DNA of 64,000 bases, from positions 5,890,001-5,954,000 of the forward strand of contig NC_086098.1 in the NCBI RefSeq assembly GCF_963921235.1. The letters are read 5' to 3'. Within the stretch, counting starts at the first letter, position 1. Each line of letters begins with the position of its first letter. The notes under the pieces are model-generated. The model made no database searches. It was not told the DNA's origin and was given only the letters and a program-made list of their open reading frames with translations. Positions 57,185 to 64,000 of this stretch are shown here, piece after piece. The translations under genes were made by a program, and so were the position numbers. The stretch is from Mobula hypostoma (Eukaryota).

Positions 57185-58629
57185 ACACAGCCAGGCGGCA
57201 AGAGTCAAATATAACTGAAATGTTAAGTACACAACACTCCTCTACATGAATCCTCTGCCATCCCCAGGGATGGAGAGGTGTATTCTCGATGCATTGGCAT
57301 GCCAAACAAGGCATGTAAACTGCTTAGTCTGCTGATGCTTCAGGCCACCAGGCAAATCTGCAAGCCAACACTTTCATTTTGACCACGCCTAGGTGACCTG
57401 CATTTGGCTCCTCCAACACCTTAGCTCTCAGCTTTTTTGGTACAACAACTCTCAATCCCCACAAAGGCAACCCCCAGCAGGGGCAAGTTCGTCATGGCAC
57501 TGGTAAAAAATGGGGGAACTGGGATCTCTGCTGCACATTCCAGCCATCTTGAGTTCCAATGTATCTGAGAGAATGTTGAGCTTTTCTAGTTTTCTTTTGG
57601 ATGATCAACGCTGTAATAAAGAGACTTTCAATTTGCATTATGGAGAATACATCAAGATGGGTATCCTCTTTTGTAATTTTTTTTCTCAGAATGAACGGAC
57701 AATCCATCAGCATTTCCACAATAAGTCGTTCTCTTGAATACGATCTTGTAATTGTGCCCTCCAAGGAACAGAGCCCCCCCCTTTGCATTTGTGCTGCTGC
57801 TGTTAGTGATTGAAAATGGACACTAATTGTTGATGATCATTAATGAGGAACTCTCTCCCATACAAGTACTGGTTGAAACGTACTACACCCCCAACTAGAC
57901 TCAAGACCTCATTGTCAATCTGTGCATAATTCTTCTCGGTACTGTTAAGGGAACGTGATACAAAGACTATGGGGCATTCACTTCCATCAGTCATAACATG
58001 TGACATGACATGAATTTTCCCACTTATGTAATAATTATGCATCAATGGTGTGACCACTGTAAAGGATGCTTGGTTTAAAGAATTCAGATTTGTTGCATTG
58101 TGCTCTGAGCCCATAATCTTTCAATCCTTTTGACACTGTCCTGAGATTTTGGAGGTGATCCTTGTCATCCTCTCTAATAACAATGATGTCATCCAGGTAA
58201 CACTGAGTGCCTGAACAGTCTGGCCGCACCTGGTCCATAGATTTCCGGCAGAGTGCAGGTGAAGATGCTATTCCAAAAATAAGCCTTTTGTAGCAATAAA
58301 GCCCTTTGTGAGAAACATTTTGGACTATAATTCAGAGAAGAACTCTTGGAGCGGGAGTGCGGAGGAAGCCATTTTTGAATTTTTCGGTTTTTTTCCATCG
58401 GCGTTCAGAGAGGCAGGACTGTGCAGGCGTGTGACGTTGGGCAGTGAAGTGCAGAAGATTTAAAAGGAACAGATCTTTATACAGTGGGTAGTGTAGTTTG
58501 CGGGCTGCGGAATGAGCCGGGAGCAGAGGGAAGGCTTAAGGGCTTCGGCTCACCGGGCTTAGGTGGAAACAGGCAAGGTGAAGAGGGTTTGGTATTCATT
58601 TTTTGCTGTTATTTGAGGAGAGGGGAAGT

Positions 58630-59565
58630 ATGAGTGTGAGGGCAGCTTCTTGTTCTCGGTGCCGGATGTGGGAGATCCTGAAGTCTCCAAGCCTCCCGGA
58701 TGTCCACATCTGCGCCAGGTGTGTCGAGATGCAGCTCCTAAGGGACCGTGTTAGGGAACTGGAGCTGCAGCTCGATGACCTTCGTCTGGTCAGGGAGAGT
58801 GAGGAGTTGATAGAGAGGAGTTACAGGCAGGTGGTCACACCAGAGCCACGGGAGGCAGACAAGTGGGTCACGGTTAGGAGGTGGAAGGGGAAGAGTCAGG
58901 TAATAGAGAGTACCCTGGCGGCTGTGCCCCTTGACAATAGGTACTCCTGTTTGAGTACTGTTGGGGGGGACAACTTACCCGGGGGAAGTGACAATGGCCG
59001 TGCCTCCGGCACAGTGTCTGGCCCTGTAGCTCAGAAGGGTAGGGCAAGGAAGAGGAGGGCAGTTGTGATAGGGGACTCGATAGTAAGGGGGTCAGATAGG
59101 CGATTCTGTGGACTCAGTCCAGAGACCCGGATGGCAGTTTGCCTCCCTGGTGCCAGGGTCCGGGATATTTCTGATTGTATCTAAGATATCCTGAAGTGGG
59201 AGGGTGAGGAGCCAGAGGTCGTGGTACATATAGGTACCAATGACATAGGTAGGAAAAGGGAAGAGGTCCTGAAAGAAGAATATAGGGAGTTAGGAAGGGA
59301 GTTGAGAAAAAGGACCGCAAAGGTAGTAATCTCGGGATTACTGCCTGTGCTATGCGACAGTGAGAGTAGGAATGAAATGAGGTGGAGGATAAATGCGTGG
59401 CTGAGGGATTGGAGCAGGGGGCAGGGGTTCAAGTTTTTGGATCATTGGGACCTCTTTTGGTGCAGGTGTAACCTGTACAAAAGGGGTGGGTTACACTTGA
59501 ATGCTAGGAGGACCAATATCCTGGTGGGGAGATTTGCGAGGGCTACTGGGGAGACTTTAAACTAG
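58630..59565 (+). pseudogene. CR1 ORF1 (zinc finger, leucine zipper, SGNH esterase), single premature TAA at 59182-59184
   Basis: CSRC...CARC, LLRDRVRELELQLDDL, VIGDSIVRG, PGA, HIGTND, GGLHLN; both ORF-track pieces share a frame. Confidence 0.88.
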
Positions 59566-59570
59566 AATGG

Positions 59571-62570
59571 TTGGGGGGTGGGAATCAAATTAAAGAGACT
59601 AGGAGAGAGGAGGTTAGTTCACAAATAGAGAAAGCTAGTAGACAGTGTGTGAGGGAGGTTAGGCAGGGGACAGAGATCAAGGGCACTCAGACCAAAGATG
59701 TAGGGGACAAGGAAGAAAAAGATAACAAAGTTGTTTGCTCCATTCAGGATAAAAAGAGAGTAAGAGTTGGAGAGTTTCTTAAATGCATCTATTTTAATGC
59801 TAGGAGCATTGTAAGAAAGGTGGATGAGCTTAGAGCATGGATTGATACCTGGAAATATGATGTTGTAGCTATTAGTGAAACGTGGTTGCAGGAGGGGTGT
59901 GATTGGCAACTAAATATTCCAGGATTTCATTGCTTCAGGTGTGATAGAATAGGAGGGGCAAGAGGGGGAGGTGTTGCATTGCTTGTCAGAGAAAATATAA
60001 CAGCGATCCTCTGGCAGGATAGATTATTGGACTCATCCAGGGAGGCTATTTGGGTGGAATTGAGGAATAGGAAAGGTGTAGTGATGCTTACAGGGGTGTA
60101 TTATAGACCACCTAATGGGGAGCGAGAACTGGAGGAGCAAATTTGTAAGGCGATAGCAGATATTTGTAGTAAGCACAAGGTTGTGATTGTGGGAGATTTT
60201 AAATTTCCACACATAGACTGGGAAGCCCATTCTGTTAAAGGGCTGGATGGTTTGGAGTTTGTAAAATGTGTGCAGGACAGTTTTTTGCAGCAATACATAG
60301 AGGTACCAACTAGAGAAGGGGCAGTGTTGGATCTCCTGTTAGGGAATGAGATAGGGCAGGTGACAGAGGTATGTGTTGGGGAGCACTTCGGGTCCAGTGA
60401 TAACAATGCCATTAGTTTCAATGTAATTATGGAGAAGGATAGGACTGGACCCAGGGTTGAGATTTTTGATTGGAGTAAGACTAACTTTGAGGAGATGTGA
60501 AAGGATTTAGGAGGAGTGGATTGGGACAATTTGTTTTATGGGTAGGATGTAATAGAGAAATGGAGGTATTTAAGGGTGAAATTTTGAGGGTACAGGATCT
60601 TTATGTTCCTGTTAGATTGAAAGGAAAAGTTAACAGTTTGAGAGAGCCATGGTTTTCAAGGGATATAGGAAACCTGTTTCCGAAAAAGAGAGGGATTTAC
60701 AATAAATATAGGAAGCTTGGAGTTAATGAGGTGCTCGAGGAATATAAAGAATGTAAAAAGAATCTTAAGAATGAAATTAGAAAAGCTAAAAGAAGATACG
60801 AGGCAGCTTTAGCAAGTAAGGTGAAAATAAATCTAAAGGGTTTCTATCGTTACATAAATAGCAAAAGGACAGTGAGGGATAAAATTAGAGAATCAGAGTG
60901 GACGGCTATGTGCGGAGCCAAAAGAGATGGGGGAGATTTTGAACAATTTCTTTTCTTCGGTATTCACTAAGGAGAAGGATATTGAATTGTGTAAGGTAAA
61001 GGAAACAAGAAGGGTAGTTATGGAAAGTATGATGATTAAAGAAGGGGAAGTACTGGTGCTTTTAAGGAATATAAAAGTGCATAAGTCTCCAGGTCCGGAC
61101 AAGATATTCCCTAGGACCTTGAGGGAAGTTAATGTGGAAATAGCAGGGGCTCTGACAGAAATATTTCAAATGTCATTAGAAACGGGGATGGTGCCGGAGG
61201 ATTGGCGTATTGCTCATGTTGTTCCATTGTTTAAAAAGGGTTCTAAGAGTAAACCTAGCAATTATCGACCTGTGAGTTTGACGTCAGTGGTGGGTAAATT
61301 GATGGAAAGTATTCTTAGAGATGGTATATATAATTATCTGGATAGACAGGGTCTGATTAGAAACAGTCAACATGGATTTGTGCATGGAAGGTCATGTTTG
61401 ACAAAACTTATTGAATTTTTTGATGTGGTTACTAGGAAAGTTGACGAGGGTAAAGCGGTATATGGACTTCAGTAAGGCCTTTGACAAGGTTTCATATGGT
61501 AGGTTAGTTGGGAAGGTTCAATCGTTAGGCATTAATATCAAAGTAGTAAAATGGATTCAGCAGTGGCTGGATGGGAGATGCCAGAAAGTAGTGGTGGATA
61601 ACTGTGTGTCAGATTGGAGGACGGTGTGTAGCGGTGTGCCTCAGGGATCTGTACTGGGTCCAATGTTGTTTGTCATATACATTAATGATCTGGATGATGG
61701 GGTGGTAAATTGGATTAGTAAGTATGCAGATGATACTAAGATAGGTGGAGTTGTGGATAATGAAGTAAGTTTTCAAAGCTTGCAGAGAGATTTAGGCCAG
61801 TTAGAAGAGTGGGCTGAAAGATGGCAGATGGTGCTTAATGCTGATAAGTGTAAGGTGCTACATTTTGGTAGGACTAATCAAAATAGGACATACATGGTAA
61901 ATGGTAGGACGTTGAGAATGCCGTAGAACAGAGGGATCTAGGAATAATGGTGCATAGTTCCCTGAAGGTAGAATCTCATGTGGATAGGGTGCTGAAGAAA
62001 GCTTTTGGTATGCTGGCCTTTATAAATCAGGGCATTGAGAATAGGAGTTGGGATGTAATGTTGAAATTGTATAAGGCATTGGTAAGGCCAAATTTGGAGT
62101 ATTGTGTACAGTTCTGGTCACCGAATTATAGGAAAGATATCAATAAAATTGAGAGAGTACAGAGGAGGTTTTCTAAAATGTTGCCTGGGTTTCATCTCCT
62201 AAGTTACAGAGAAAGGCTGAACAAGTTGGGTCTTTATTCTTTGGAGCGTAGAAGGTTGAGAGGGGACTTGATAGAGGTGTTTAAAATTTTGAGGGGGATT
62301 GATAGAGTTGACGTGGATAGGCTTTTTCCATTGAGAGTGGGGGGATTCAAACAAGGGGACATGAGTTGAGAGTTAAAGGACAAAAGTTTAGGGGTAACAT
62401 GAGGGGGAACTTCTTTACTCAGAGAGTGGTAGCTGTGTGGAACGAGCTTCCAGCAGAAGTGGTTGAGGCAGGTTCGATGTTGTCATTTAAAGTTAAATTG
62501 GATAGATATATGGAAAGGAAGGGAATGGAGGGTTATGGACCAAGTGCAGGTCGGTGGTACTAGATGAGAG
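59571..62570 (+). pseudogene. CR1 ORF2 (APE plus RT), fragmented
   Basis: Consecutive ORFs 59571-60500, 60497-60970, 60927-61475, 61411-61926, 61947-62369 and 62366-62563 tile one protein. Confidence 0.9.
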
Positions 62571-63451
62571 TAAGAGTTTGGCACGGACTAGAAGGGCCGA
62601 GATGGCCTGTTTCCATGCTGTAATTGTTATATGGTTATATGTTCTTCCATCTCTGTCTGTCGGTAGGCCTCAGCTAACTCCATTCTGCTGAAGTGTTTTC
62701 TTCCAGAAGGGTTTCAAAGTTATCCTCTATCTTGGGCAGAGGGTATTGATTTACTTTTAATACTGGGTTTATGATGACCTTAAAATCACCACAAATCCTG
62801 ATAGACCCATTAATCTTGGCTACTAGGTATTGCCCATGTACTCCACTCAACCTTGGAAACAATTCCTTCAGTCTCCTTGTGATCTAGCTCACTGGCTACT
62901 TTATCATAGATGGTATAAGGAACTGAACAGGCTTTGTAAAACTTGGGTGTGGCATTTTCATTTAACACTACTTTACCTTTGATATGCTTGAGTTTTCCAA
63001 TGCCATCCTTTTACACTGCTGCGGTATCATCCAGTACCTTTCTTAATTCACTTAGGAAATTGCAGGAGATGTAACATGCAAATAGTAGATGGATCTCCAA
63101 CCAAGTTGTAGCTGTCTCAGCTAGTCACAGCACCACAATGCTGGCTCTCCTGTTTTACCACTTCAACTCTGAGATTCGTCCTCTGTAGGCAGCCACGAAA
63201 CAAAGAAATATCATGGAACACATTCAAAAAAACATCGAATATCCAACCAGCAAAAAAAGAGCAAATTGTGCTAACGTCAAAATGTAAGTGAACAACACAT
63301 AGAGTACCAAGCATCAAACCATTGGTATTCATTTTAGCACCATGCCGCTAGCCAATGCAATTCACTGTATGTTTCGATGACATAAAATAAAGGTTATCTT
63401 TAATCGTTAAATCTTGAGTCAAAACCAGTGGAAGCTGCGTAATTTTCTGTA

Positions 63452-63640
63452 TGCAACACGCAAAATGCTGGAGGAACTCAGCATGTCAGGCAGCATCTAT
63501 GAAAATTAATGCTCTGCCGATGTTTCGGCCTTTATTCAGGACTGAAAAAGAAGTTGTAAGTCTCCAGAATGAAAAAGGTGGACGGAGGGGAAGGAGGCTA
63601 GCTGCAACGTGATGGTGAAGACAAGTGGTGGGGGAGGGTA
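63452..63640 (-). mobile_element. Penelope pseudo-LTR fragment
   Basis: GCAACACGCAAAATGCTGGAGGAACTCAGC...GATGTTTCGGCC. Confidence 0.65.
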
Positions 63641-63699
63641 CTTTGTTTTGTTGACACAGGTACAATCCAAATTTATAATGTACAAGGTTGTTAAGGTGA

Positions 63700-63900
63700 T
63701 AGAATAAACTGAAGTCAATTATGTAAAGGCAAGAAATCTGGATGGTATCATGGGTAACCAACAGAAATTTGACAAAAGATCTGACTGTTCCGACTTGAAA
63801 GAAGAAGATAAATCCCACAAGGTTGGATTGCATTTGTACAGGACATGGAATGTGCTTATTTATTGAGCAAATATAACATAAAAGATTTACCAAAATGTAT
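63700..63900 (+). mobile_element. Possible old L1/Tx1 ORF2 C-terminal remnant
   Basis: Weak: PT*KKKINPTRLD...FIEQI resembles the W-K-x-P-x-W...LE-I pattern. Confidence 0.25.
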
Positions 63901-64000
63901 ATGGGGCAATGTGTCATCCATAAGCAACTTTGCAAACTCTGCTGCATTTTATTTCAAATGGGATCGAATCAAGGCATGTAACCAGTCTGGATCTAATCAA

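Larger units (their letters stand above)
58345..62642 (+). mobile_element. Full-length but inactivated CR1 LINE
   Basis: CpG-rich 5' UTR, ORF1, ORF2 from YFNARSI/ISETWL through YADD (~61723) to FFTQRVV; several stops and frameshifts; (GTTATATG)n tail. Confidence 0.95.
57218..63155 (-). mobile_element. Second Ty3/Gypsy pol relic split by a full-length CR1 (pieces ~57218-58327 and 62643-63155)
   Basis: GSIRICGDFKV.INP, QYPLPKIED, YLDD at 58188-58199, SRSLNSTEKNYAQID, GHLGVVKMK. Confidence 0.85.

Overview
This is eukaryotic, almost entirely transposon-derived DNA. The repeat families (CR1, Rex1/Babar, RTE and Penelope retroelements, V-SINEs, CORE-SINEs) suggest a vertebrate, most likely a cartilaginous fish such as a ray; that assignment is inference. 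No host protein-coding gene can be identified. The window holds about 12 CR1 pieces, two of them near full length with a zinc finger/leucine zipper/SGNH-esterase ORF1 and one with an open 876-codon ORF2. It also holds several Rex1/Babar copies, one nearly intact RTE, two fragmented Gypsy pol relics, a probable solo LTR, and Tc1 and hAT elements and MITEs, with much nesting. The most notable signals beyond the ORF track: (1) minimal hammerhead-ribozyme motifs (CTGANGA...GAAACGTC) in Penelope pseudo-LTRs, three times in inverted pairs; (2) non-coding retroposons with a YY1-type head and a Rex1-like tail; (3) an RTE resembling the horizontally transferred AviRTE lineage; (4) LINE insertions into targets that mimic their own microsatellite tails; (5) a fourfold-amplified G-rich Tc1 end. 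I found no convincing wholly new biological system. Family assignments come from motif recognition, not database searches, and many boundaries are approximate.
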